In this document: piece by piece, positions 20,745 to 28,486 of the stretch
Layout of the letters: every line of letters begins with the position of its first letter
How positions within the stretch are numbered: position 1 is the stretch's first letter
NCBI GenBank assembly: GCA_031370785.1
Contig: JANMQY010000058.1
Span: 32,001 to 96,000 of the forward strand
Source of the DNA: Candidatus Eiseniibacteriota bacterium
Lineage (GTDB): Bacteria > Eisenbacteria > RBG-16-71-46
Length of the DNA: 64,000 nucleotides
Direction of reading: 5' to 3'
The notes under the pieces: generated by a model
What the model was told of the DNA's origin: nothing
What the model saw: the letters and a program-made list of their open reading frames with translations, nothing else
Databases searched by the model: none
Position numbers and translations under genes: made by a program

Positions 20745-21583
20745 ACCTCTTCGAACAGATTGCGGTGGCGTGGCAGTCGCTGATCCGGGTGTTCGCGGCA
20801 ATGCGCCGCGGCCGGCTGTGGGCTCCGTTCGCTCTGCTCGCCGCGAGCGAGGCGCTGGTGGTGCTCGCACTGGTGTGGTTCGCGCACCCGCTGCTCTCGT
20901 GGTTCATGGTGCCGCTGCTGCGCCAGGTGTCGGGGGAGACGACGTTGCGCTACCCGAACCTGTTCCGCGTGCTGCCCGGGCTCTATGCGCAGGCCGATGT
21001 GTTCATCGGCGCCGTGGTCGGGGCGATCGTGGTCGGCGCGGCCACCGTGATGTTTGCCGACTTCTTCCACGGGACGAAGCCTTCCGCTTCGGCCGGTTTC
21101 GGCGAGGCGTGGCGACGCTCGCTCGCCCTGATCCTCGCCAACCTCCCGTTCAACCTGCTGGTGTTCGGGCTCGGCCACTGGTCCCAGGACTTCCTGACCT
21201 CGCGCAGCAGCGGTCAGCTGGTTCAGGGCATCGTCTACTTCCTGATCCTCGGCATCTCGGTCGTGCTCCAGTCGCTGTTCTTCTACGTGAGCGCGCTGGT
21301 CGTCCTCGAGCGCAGGTCCGTGCTTTCCGCGCTCGCCGGATTGCCCGAAACCTGGGCGCGAGGCTTCTGGGCGGCGACCTTCATCGGCGGGCTGCTGATT
21401 ACGCCGCTCCTGCCGATTCACTACATCTCGGACCGGGCGGGCGTGATCGTGGACCGCGGCGTTCCGGAGCTCACCGGATGGGTGGTGGCCGTGCAGGGCC
21501 TGATCGGTCTCGCGCTCTGGTTCCTGCTCACGGGCAGCGCGACCCTGGTGTATCTGAGCCTGGTGCGAAGGGAGGATACGTGA
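20741..21583 (+). CDS. Hypothetical integral membrane protein (about 6 TM)
   Basis: Overlaps both neighbours by 4 nt; alternating hydrophobic helices. Confidence 0.75.
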   Translation: MNLFEQIAVAWQSLIRVFAAMRRGRLWAPFALLAASEALVVLALVWFAHPLLSWFMVPLLRQVSGETTLRYPNLFRVLPGLYAQADVFIGAVVGAIVVGAATVMFADFFHGTKPSASAGFGEAWRRSLALILANLPFNLLVFGLGHWSQDFLTSRSSGQLVQGIVYFLILGISVVLQSLFFYVSALVVLERRSVLSALAGLPETWARGFWAATFIGGLLITPLLPIHYISDRAGVIVDRGVPELTGWVVAVQGLIGLALWFLLTGSATLVYLSLVRREDT

Positions 21584-23085
21584 GACGCGCGGTCGCCGTC
21601 GGAATCGCGCTCATCGGCCTGCTCGTGCTGACCGGGTGCGGGGATCAGGCGCTGTGGACGCGCTGGCGCGCCGAGCGCGATCTGTGGCACGCGCGTCGCG
21701 ACGTGGACCGGCTGCAGCTCAACCCGCGTCTCGCCACCGATCGCGACTACGCGCGCGTGGAGCGCCGGTTCGCGATCATTGCCGAGCGCTATCCGGCGTC
21801 GCGCTGGGGGCGTGCCGGACAATCTCCGGCCGCCTTCGATGTCGGGCTGGTCTCGGGCAGGGCCGCGATCGCGGCCGCGCGCATCGAGGAACTGCGCGGG
21901 CGCCTCCCCGCCGCGCTCGAGTCCTACGCGCGCATCGAGCGCGACTACCCCGGCGTGTTCCCGGTCGCGCTCGAAGCGACGGTCGCGCGCGCGCGGCTGC
22001 TGGGACGCACCGGGCGCGAGCGGGAGGCGCTCGAGGCCTGGGCGCGGGTGGCCTCGGGCTTTCCGCTGGTGGACGCCGCGAGCGGCGAGGCGTTCCTTCC
22101 GGTGCCGGATGCGGCGCTGCGCGTGGCGAACGCGCGCCGGGCTGCTGGCGACCCGGCGGGTGCGGATTCGGTGCTGGCGGTCAGCGAACGGCGGATCGAA
22201 AAGGAGCTGATGCGCCAGCACGGCAAGCGCGCCGCGCCCGACCTGTGGACGCGGTTGTCGGACACGCGTGCCGCGCGCGGACACTGGGAGGAGTCGCTCG
22301 ATGCGTTGCGAGCGGCGTTGAGCGATACCGCGAGCAACCGGGTCGCGCCGTGGATCGTGCTCGGGCTCGCGCGCCGATCGCTCGAGGCCGGCCGGCCCGA
22401 TTCCGCGCTGGCGTACACCTCGTGGGCTGAGCGCGGATTCGACGAGATCGTGCGGCCGGGGGCGATTCTGCTCTCGGCCCGGGTGTGGGAAGCTCGTGGC
22501 ACGACCGATTCGGCGCTGGTGGCCTACCAGCGCTTTCTCGACGCGTATTCGGACGCGCCCAATGCGAGCGCCGAGGCGATGTTCCGGCGCGGCGTGCTGT
22601 TCGAGGGACAGGGTCGATGGGAGCAGGCGCGCACCGAGTTCCGCGCGCTCGCCGCGGTGCAGCCCACCGATTCCCTGAGCCTCGAGGGGTTGACCCGGAT
22701 CGTGAGGCATCATGCCGAGCGCGGTGAGCGCGATGTGGCCGCTCGCGAGGGAAAGCGGGCGCTGGAGACACTCGATCAGATGATGGCGGCGCAGCGGGAC
22801 GAGACGGTGCAGGCCAACGTTCGGCGCACCCGCGCGGACATCCTGGTCGCGATGGGTGACGCCGCGGCGGCGTACGATGCGCTCGTGGATCTGTGGCGGC
22901 GTTATCCGGCCACCGCGATCGGGATCGGATCGGCGCTGCGCGGGGCGGACCTGGCCGAGAATCAGCTGAACGACAGGAATCGGGCGATCATGCTGTACCG
23001 TGAGGTGGTGGAGCGCGCCCGCGACGCGGGTGCGCGGCGCCGCGCGATGGCTGCACTGACGCGGCTCGGCGCGGAACGCAGTTGA
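21580..23085 (+). CDS. TPR-repeat lipoprotein
   Basis: GTG after GGAGG; lipobox LTGC; helical repeats such as AMFRRGVLFEGQGRWEQARTEF. Confidence 0.8.
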   Translation: MRRAVAVGIALIGLLVLTGCGDQALWTRWRAERDLWHARRDVDRLQLNPRLATDRDYARVERRFAIIAERYPASRWGRAGQSPAAFDVGLVSGRAAIAAARIEELRGRLPAALESYARIERDYPGVFPVALEATVARARLLGRTGREREALEAWARVASGFPLVDAASGEAFLPVPDAALRVANARRAAGDPAGADSVLAVSERRIEKELMRQHGKRAAPDLWTRLSDTRAARGHWEESLDALRAALSDTASNRVAPWIVLGLARRSLEAGRPDSALAYTSWAERGFDEIVRPGAILLSARVWEARGTTDSALVAYQRFLDAYSDAPNASAEAMFRRGVLFEGQGRWEQARTEFRALAAVQPTDSLSLEGLTRIVRHHAERGERDVAAREGKRALETLDQMMAAQRDETVQANVRRTRADILVAMGDAAAAYDALVDLWRRYPATAIGIGSALRGADLAENQLNDRNRAIMLYREVVERARDAGARRRAMAALTRLGAERS

Positions 23086-23093
23086 GCGGAGGC

Positions 23094-25277
23094 ATGGTGG
23101 ACTTTTCGGCGACCCCTTCCCAGGTCAGTCTGGTCACCGCGAGCGCACTGCTCGCGGCGATGATCGGGCTGTTCGCGTTGCTGCGGCGCGGGCAGTTCCT
23201 CACCACGATCATCTTCTCGGCCGCGTTCCTGGTCATGGCGGCACTCCAGGCCGGCACCATCGGAATCCTGAGGGCCGACTCGAGCGAGCACGCCCGCACC
23301 TGGGCGATGTACATCGCCGGCTGCTCCGCGCTGGCGTCGTGGCTGTGGCTGACGCTGAGCGTGGTGCTGTCGCGTCCGGATCCGTGGGTCCAGATCCGGA
23401 ATGCGGGCGCGTATCTGGCGCTCGCCCTGGCCGGTTGCGTCGCGATGTTCTACGCGACCGCCACGCCGTTCGTCGTGCGCGAAGTCCAGGGCATCGGCAG
23501 CGACGCGGTGATCGTGCTCGGGCCGATGGGCAAGATCTACCTGATGTACCTGGTGCTGGTGATGGTCGCGGTGGTGATGAATCTCGAGCGCATGCTGCGG
23601 ACCGCGCCCGCCACCGCGCAACGCAGGCTGCGGCCGATGTTCGTGGCGTTCCTGATCGGCATCCTCGCGGACCTGCTGGTGGTTTCGGCAGGCCTGCTCT
23701 ACGGCGGGCTGCGGATCGAGTGGCTGGTCGCGAGCGCCGCGCCGATGTTCATCGCGGGCACCGTGACCGCGCTGGCGCTGGCGCGCCGCCGCCTCTCGGA
23801 CATGAGCGTTCCGGTCGCGCGTCCGGTCATCTACTACTCCTCGGTCTCGCTGACTCTGGCCGGCGGATTCCTGCTCACCATGGCGGTGCTCTCCAAGCTG
23901 CTGCCGGTGCTGACGCCGGAGTGGAAGCGTTCGGTGAGTCTCACCTTCTACCTGCTGGTCGGCGGCGGTGGCGTGATGCTCATGCTGAGCCCGCGGGCGA
24001 ATCGCTCGATCAAGCGGTTCATCGATCGCAATTTCTACGCGAACCGCTACGACTACCGGCGGGAATGGGAGCGGGTCAGCGGCGCGATCACGCCGACCGC
24101 GCGGCTCGAGGACCTGTGCCGTCAGATCGAGACGCTGGTGTGCTCGGTGTTCGACAGCGAGCGGGTCGCCCTCTATCTGCTGGATTCTCGCCGCTCGGTG
24201 GCGGAAGAGCCGCGCATGCGCCGCGTCCACGGTCCGCCCGGGCTTCCCGAGTCGGTGGCCAGGTCGAATCCGCTGGTGGTTCAGCTGGATCGCGTGCGGG
24301 TGCCGGTGCAGCTTCACGATCTGTCGCAGGATCTCGACCTGCTGCCCGCGGTGGTCGAGAACCGCGAGCTGGTCCAGGCGCTGAACGCCGCGGTGTGTTC
24401 GCCCTTGTGCGTGGGCGATCTGATGGTGGGCCTGCTGTGGCTGTCGGAGAAGCGCACCGACGACGACTACACCTACGAAGACGTGGAATTCCTTGGCGCG
24501 ATGTCCCGCCAGATCGCGGCCGCGCTGTGGTTCGCGCGTCAGGCCGAGCAGCTCGCCGAGACGCGCCAGCTCGAATCGCTCAACCGGCTCTCCACGTTCG
24601 TGCTGCACGACATCAAGAATCACGTCTCGGGTCTGTCGCTGGTTGTCGAGAACGCGCGCAAGCACCTTGCGAACCCCGAGTTCCAGCGCGACGCGCTGGC
24701 AGTGGTCGAACGCACGGTGGCGAACCTGCGCGAGCTGATGAACCAGGTTGCCGCGGTGTCGCGGGCGCCCGAGATGAAGCCCGAGTCGGTCGCGGTGCGA
24801 TCCTTGGTGGACGAGGCGATTCAGGCCTCGGGCCTGCAGCCGGGCGAGAGCGACGGTGTGCGTCTGAGCGTGACCTGCCGCGGCCTCGACCCGGTGCAGG
24901 TCGACCCGCGCCTGGTGCTGCGCCTCCTCACCAACCTGCTGACCAACGCGCGCGAGTCGCTGGGTCCGAACGGGCACATCGAGCTCGCGGTCGAGATCGA
25001 GGGCGACGAGGCGCAGCGGCCTCGCCGACTGGTGGTCGAGGTGCGCGACAACGGACGCGGGATGAGCGAGGAGTTCCTGCGCACCGGGCTGTTCAGGCCG
25101 TTCGCGACCACCAAGGCAGGCGGGCTCGGCATCGGACTGATGCAGTGCCGCAGCATCGTCGAAGCCCACGGCGGCGCGATCGCGGTCGACAGCCGCGAAG
25201 GGGTTGGGACCCGTTTCACGGTCTCGCTGCCAGTCGTCGCTGTGCCTGCGGAATCGGCCGAGGCGGGCGCGCGATGA
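23094..25277 (+). CDS. prsK: PEP-CTERM system histidine kinase, PrsK-like
   Basis: N-terminal multi-TM region, RNFYANRYDYRREW, GAF domain, H-box FVLHDIKN, NLLTNA, DNGRGMS and GLGIGL. Confidence 0.85.
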   Translation: MVDFSATPSQVSLVTASALLAAMIGLFALLRRGQFLTTIIFSAAFLVMAALQAGTIGILRADSSEHARTWAMYIAGCSALASWLWLTLSVVLSRPDPWVQIRNAGAYLALALAGCVAMFYATATPFVVREVQGIGSDAVIVLGPMGKIYLMYLVLVMVAVVMNLERMLRTAPATAQRRLRPMFVAFLIGILADLLVVSAGLLYGGLRIEWLVASAAPMFIAGTVTALALARRRLSDMSVPVARPVIYYSSVSLTLAGGFLLTMAVLSKLLPVLTPEWKRSVSLTFYLLVGGGGVMLMLSPRANRSIKRFIDRNFYANRYDYRREWERVSGAITPTARLEDLCRQIETLVCSVFDSERVALYLLDSRRSVAEEPRMRRVHGPPGLPESVARSNPLVVQLDRVRVPVQLHDLSQDLDLLPAVVENRELVQALNAAVCSPLCVGDLMVGLLWLSEKRTDDDYTYEDVEFLGAMSRQIAAALWFARQAEQLAETRQLESLNRLSTFVLHDIKNHVSGLSLVVENARKHLANPEFQRDALAVVERTVANLRELMNQVAAVSRAPEMKPESVAVRSLVDEAIQASGLQPGESDGVRLSVTCRGLDPVQVDPRLVLRLLTNLLTNARESLGPNGHIELAVEIEGDEAQRPRRLVVEVRDNGRGMSEEFLRTGLFRPFATTKAGGLGIGLMQCRSIVEAHGGAIAVDSREGVGTRFTVSLPVVAVPAESAEAGAR

Positions 25278-26701
25278 GTGATGCGACCGTCCTGATCGTG
25301 GACGACGAGGAGTCGATCCGCAATCAGCTCGAGTGGGGGCTCGCGCCGGAATACGAGGTGTTGACCGCGGCCAGTGTCGACGAGGCGCGGCGGCTGCTGC
25401 GCGACGAGCAGCCGAGCGTGGTCACGCTCGACGTCAACCTGAGCCCGCCGGGCGGCCCCTCGCAGGAGGGGCTGCAGCTGCTCGACGAGATCGTGGACCG
25501 CTTCCCGTTCACGAAAGTGATCATGGTCACCGGCAACGACAATCGCGAGACCGCGCTGAACGCGCTGCGTCGTGGCGCGGTGGACTGGTACGCGAAGCCG
25601 ATCCAGCTCGAAGAGCTGAAGGCGATCCTCAAGCGCGCGTTTCACGTGCGCGCCATCGAGCAGGCGCACGATCCCGACGCCCGCGACGGGCGCAAGCGCT
25701 ATCACCGGCTGGTCGGCGAGTCGGATTCCATCCGCAAGGTCTTCACCCTGATCCAGCGCGTCGCTGAGACCGACGCCACCGTGCTGGTGGTCGGGGAGAA
25801 CGGCACCGGTAAGGAGCTGGTGGCGCACGCCATCCATCAGGCGAGCCGGCGCGCGGAGGGGCCGTTCGTGCCCATCCACTGCGGCGCGATCCCCGAGAAC
25901 CTGCTCGAGAGCGAGCTGTTCGGCCACGAGCGGGGCGCCTTTACCGACGCGTATCGCACGCGCGAGGGAAAGTTCGAGATCGCCGAGGGCGGGACCATCT
26001 TCCTCGATGAGATCGGAGAGCTCCCGACCCATCTGCAGGTCAAGCTGCTGCGCTTCCTGCAGGATCACGTGGTCGAGCGTGTCGGCGGTCGCGACGCGCA
26101 GCGCGTGGACGCGCGCGTGGTCGCGGCGACCAATTACGATCTGAAGGTCGCGATGGCCGCGGGGCGATTCCGCGAGGACCTGTACTACCGGTTGAGCGTG
26201 GTCAACATCCTGGTGCCGCCGCTGCGCGATCGGGGAGACGACCTGCGCATGCTGGCCGAATACTTTCTCGAGTTCTACACGCGGCACTACAAGCGCAAGC
26301 TGAAGGGCTTCACCCAGTCGGCGCTGCGCTCGATCCTGAACCACCCGTGGCCCGGGAACGTGCGTGAGCTGGAGAACCGCGTGCAACGCGCGGTGATCCT
26401 TGCGCAGGACGCCTGCCTGCGGCCCGAGGATCTCGAGCTCGCCGAGGATGCCCCCTCGACGCCGCTGCGATCCTTGCAGGTGGCGCGCGACGAGGTGGAG
26501 CGCACGCTGATCAGCGAGGCGCTCACGAGGAACGCGGGGAACATCACGCGTGCCGCGCGCGAGGTCGACGTGAGCCGCCCGACTTTTCACGACCTGCTGC
26601 GCAAGCACGGCATCGACGCCAGCCGCTTCCGGAAACCGGATGGCGCGGGTGCGGCGGATGAGATGGATGATGAGGTCGAGCCCGACCGGGAGGGGGCATG
26701 A
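25274..26701 (+). CDS. prsR: Sigma54-dependent response regulator, PrsR-like (REC-AAA-HTH)
   Basis: IVDDE, VVTLD, GENGTGKE, ESELFGHERGAFTDA, FLDEIG, WPGNVREL and a C-terminal Fis-type HTH. Confidence 0.88.
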   Translation: MSDATVLIVDDEESIRNQLEWGLAPEYEVLTAASVDEARRLLRDEQPSVVTLDVNLSPPGGPSQEGLQLLDEIVDRFPFTKVIMVTGNDNRETALNALRRGAVDWYAKPIQLEELKAILKRAFHVRAIEQAHDPDARDGRKRYHRLVGESDSIRKVFTLIQRVAETDATVLVVGENGTGKELVAHAIHQASRRAEGPFVPIHCGAIPENLLESELFGHERGAFTDAYRTREGKFEIAEGGTIFLDEIGELPTHLQVKLLRFLQDHVVERVGGRDAQRVDARVVAATNYDLKVAMAAGRFREDLYYRLSVVNILVPPLRDRGDDLRMLAEYFLEFYTRHYKRKLKGFTQSALRSILNHPWPGNVRELENRVQRAVILAQDACLRPEDLELAEDAPSTPLRSLQVARDEVERTLISEALTRNAGNITRAAREVDVSRPTFHDLLRKHGIDASRFRKPDGAGAADEMDDEVEPDREGA

Positions 26702-27429
26702 AGCGAAGTGTCGTGCCGTTCGTTCTCGCCGCGTCGCTCGGTCTGGCCCCGCCCGCTCGAGCCGCCATTCCGACCCCGACCGGCACCCTGACCGTGCTGT
26801 CTCGTCCGCCGGGCGCCTCGTTCCAGATCAAGGGCGCCGTCGAGATTTCCGGGCGCACTCCGCTGACGCTGGCGCCGCGGGTAACCGGACGCTACGAGCT
26901 GCGCAGCACGGAGCCGGGCTTCAACACCTGGCGGCGCGTGCTGAACTTCGACGGCGTCTCGCCGGACACGGTGTGGATGACCCTGCGTCATAAGAGCTTG
27001 GCGGGAGCGGGGTTGCGCTCGGCGGTCGTGCCCGGCTGGGGCCAGTTCTACAGCAGCCATCCGGCCTCGGGATCTGCCTTCCTCGGCGCGGCGGCGCTGG
27101 CGGGAGCGGGATTCGGGCTCTCCTGGCTGCGCTACCAGGATCGGCAGGATGGCGTCGAGGAAGCCCGTGCCCGGCTCAACGCCTCGACCACGGCGGCCCA
27201 GGTCAGCGCCGCACGCGCGGCGCTGCAGGCTGCGGTGAACGAGCGCGACGGTGCGCTTCGCCTGCGAAGGATCGCGCAGGGCGTGGTCGGCGGCGTCTAC
27301 GCGATCTCTTTCATCGAGACGCTAGTCCGCTTTCCGACCGTCTCGAAGAAATCGGTCACCGTGAGCATCGCTCCGGCGAGCTTCGAGGCGCATGCTCCGA
27401 TCGTGGCGGCGCTCCGCGTGAGATTCTGA
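26698..27429 (+). CDS. Secreted PEGA-like domain protein with a C-terminal DUF5683-like region
   Basis: Signal peptide ending ARA; GTLTVLSRPPGA..GRTPL (PEGA); RSAVVPGWGQFY. Confidence 0.7.
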   Translation: MKRSVVPFVLAASLGLAPPARAAIPTPTGTLTVLSRPPGASFQIKGAVEISGRTPLTLAPRVTGRYELRSTEPGFNTWRRVLNFDGVSPDTVWMTLRHKSLAGAGLRSAVVPGWGQFYSSHPASGSAFLGAAALAGAGFGLSWLRYQDRQDGVEEARARLNASTTAAQVSAARAALQAAVNERDGALRLRRIAQGVVGGVYAISFIETLVRFPTVSKKSVTVSIAPASFEAHAPIVAALRVRF

Positions 27430-27477
27430 TCGCATATACGGTGGGAAGTCCGGAATCATCGGAGAAGCGCGACGCTC

Positions 27478-27519
27478 AAAAAACGTTCACCCCGTCCGGC
27501 AATGCCGAGGCGGGGTGAA
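27478..27519 (-). terminator. Intrinsic terminator
   Basis: Minus strand reads TTCACCCCGCCTCGGCATTGCCGGACGGGGTGAA-CG-TTTTTT. Confidence 0.75.
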
Positions 27520-27598
27520 GAAAATGGGGGGCATCATTCTCAGAATCGCGGGCCGCACGCGAGTATCCTCGAACTATCCCCCCAACTTCGAACGCACG
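27478..27598 (-). ncRNA. Candidate ~120-nt small RNA
   Basis: Bounded by an ECF-type promoter (27604-27631) and an intrinsic terminator (27478-27519), on the strand opposite both flanking genes; no convincing ORF. Confidence 0.5.
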
Positions 27599-27603
27599 AT
27601 ATA

Positions 27604-27631
27604 CAGACGCCCAAGACGCACGGAAGGTTCC
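27604..27631 (-). promoter_or_regulatory. ECF sigma (sigmaE/AlgU-like) promoter
   Basis: GGAACC-N16-CGTCTG with an upstream A6 tract. Confidence 0.55.
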
Positions 27632-27753
27632 GATTTTTTCTGCGCGGCAAGTATCAGCGCGGGCCTCGAGCGAAATTCGCGACCAGATGTTCGGGAGCCG
27701 TCAACTGACTCGCGCGTTGTGACAACTCTCGGACACACGGCAAGGACCTGACA

Positions 27754-28407
27754 TTGAATCAGGGCTACTTCCTCGCGATCGCGGGCAACATCGGAGTCGG
27801 CAAGACCGAACTCACCGACCGGCTGAGCGCCGAGCTCGGCTGGATCGCGTACTACGAACCGGTGATTCAGAATCCGTACCTGGATCCCTTCTACGCCGAC
27901 ATGACGCGGTGGAGCTTCCACCTGCAGATCTACTTCCTGAGCGAGCGCTTCAAGGCGCAGGTCGAGATCGGCAAGAGCGCGCAGCCGTTCATCCAGGACC
28001 GCACCATCTACGAGGACGCCGAGATCTTCGCGCGCGTGCTGCGCGAGCAGGGCTCGATGACCGACGTGGACTACCAGAACTACACTTCACTGTTCGAGAT
28101 CCTGGTCTCGTACCTGCGCAAGCCCGACCTGATCATCTACCTGAAGGCCAGCCCCGAGGCGCTGATGGAGCGGATCGCCAAACGCGGCCGGGAGAGCGAG
28201 AAGGGGATCGGGATCGACTACATCTCGCGACTCAATCGCGCCTACGACTCGTGGATGAAGCGCGCGAGCGGGGAGCTCGAAGTGCTGGAGATCGACACCG
28301 ACCGCGTGCCGCTCCAGGGCGACGCGCCCGCGTTTCGCAAGCTGGTGGACGATCTCAAGCGCCGCTACCCACGCCAGTCCGAGCTCAAGCTGGAAAGCGG
28401 ACGCTAG
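27754..28407 (+). CDS. Deoxynucleoside kinase (dAK/dCK/dGK family)
   Basis: TTG start after AAGGA; P-loop AGNIGVGKT, NPYL..FY, QIYFL, QDRTIYED and RIAKRGR lid. Confidence 0.92.
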   Translation: MNQGYFLAIAGNIGVGKTELTDRLSAELGWIAYYEPVIQNPYLDPFYADMTRWSFHLQIYFLSERFKAQVEIGKSAQPFIQDRTIYEDAEIFARVLREQGSMTDVDYQNYTSLFEILVSYLRKPDLIIYLKASPEALMERIAKRGRESEKGIGIDYISRLNRAYDSWMKRASGELEVLEIDTDRVPLQGDAPAFRKLVDDLKRRYPRQSELKLESGR

Positions 28408-28486
28408 CGACAAGCGCATCACCGAAGTCGACGCGAGGCCGAAGTCGGTGCGTCACCGAAGCCCGCGCCCTGGCTGGAAGGGTGAT

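Noticed and set aside
28408..28486. Short direct repeats (TCACCGAAG x2, CCGAAGTCG x2) between the kinase and ileS
   Set aside because: Too short and irregular for a CRISPR array or REP family.
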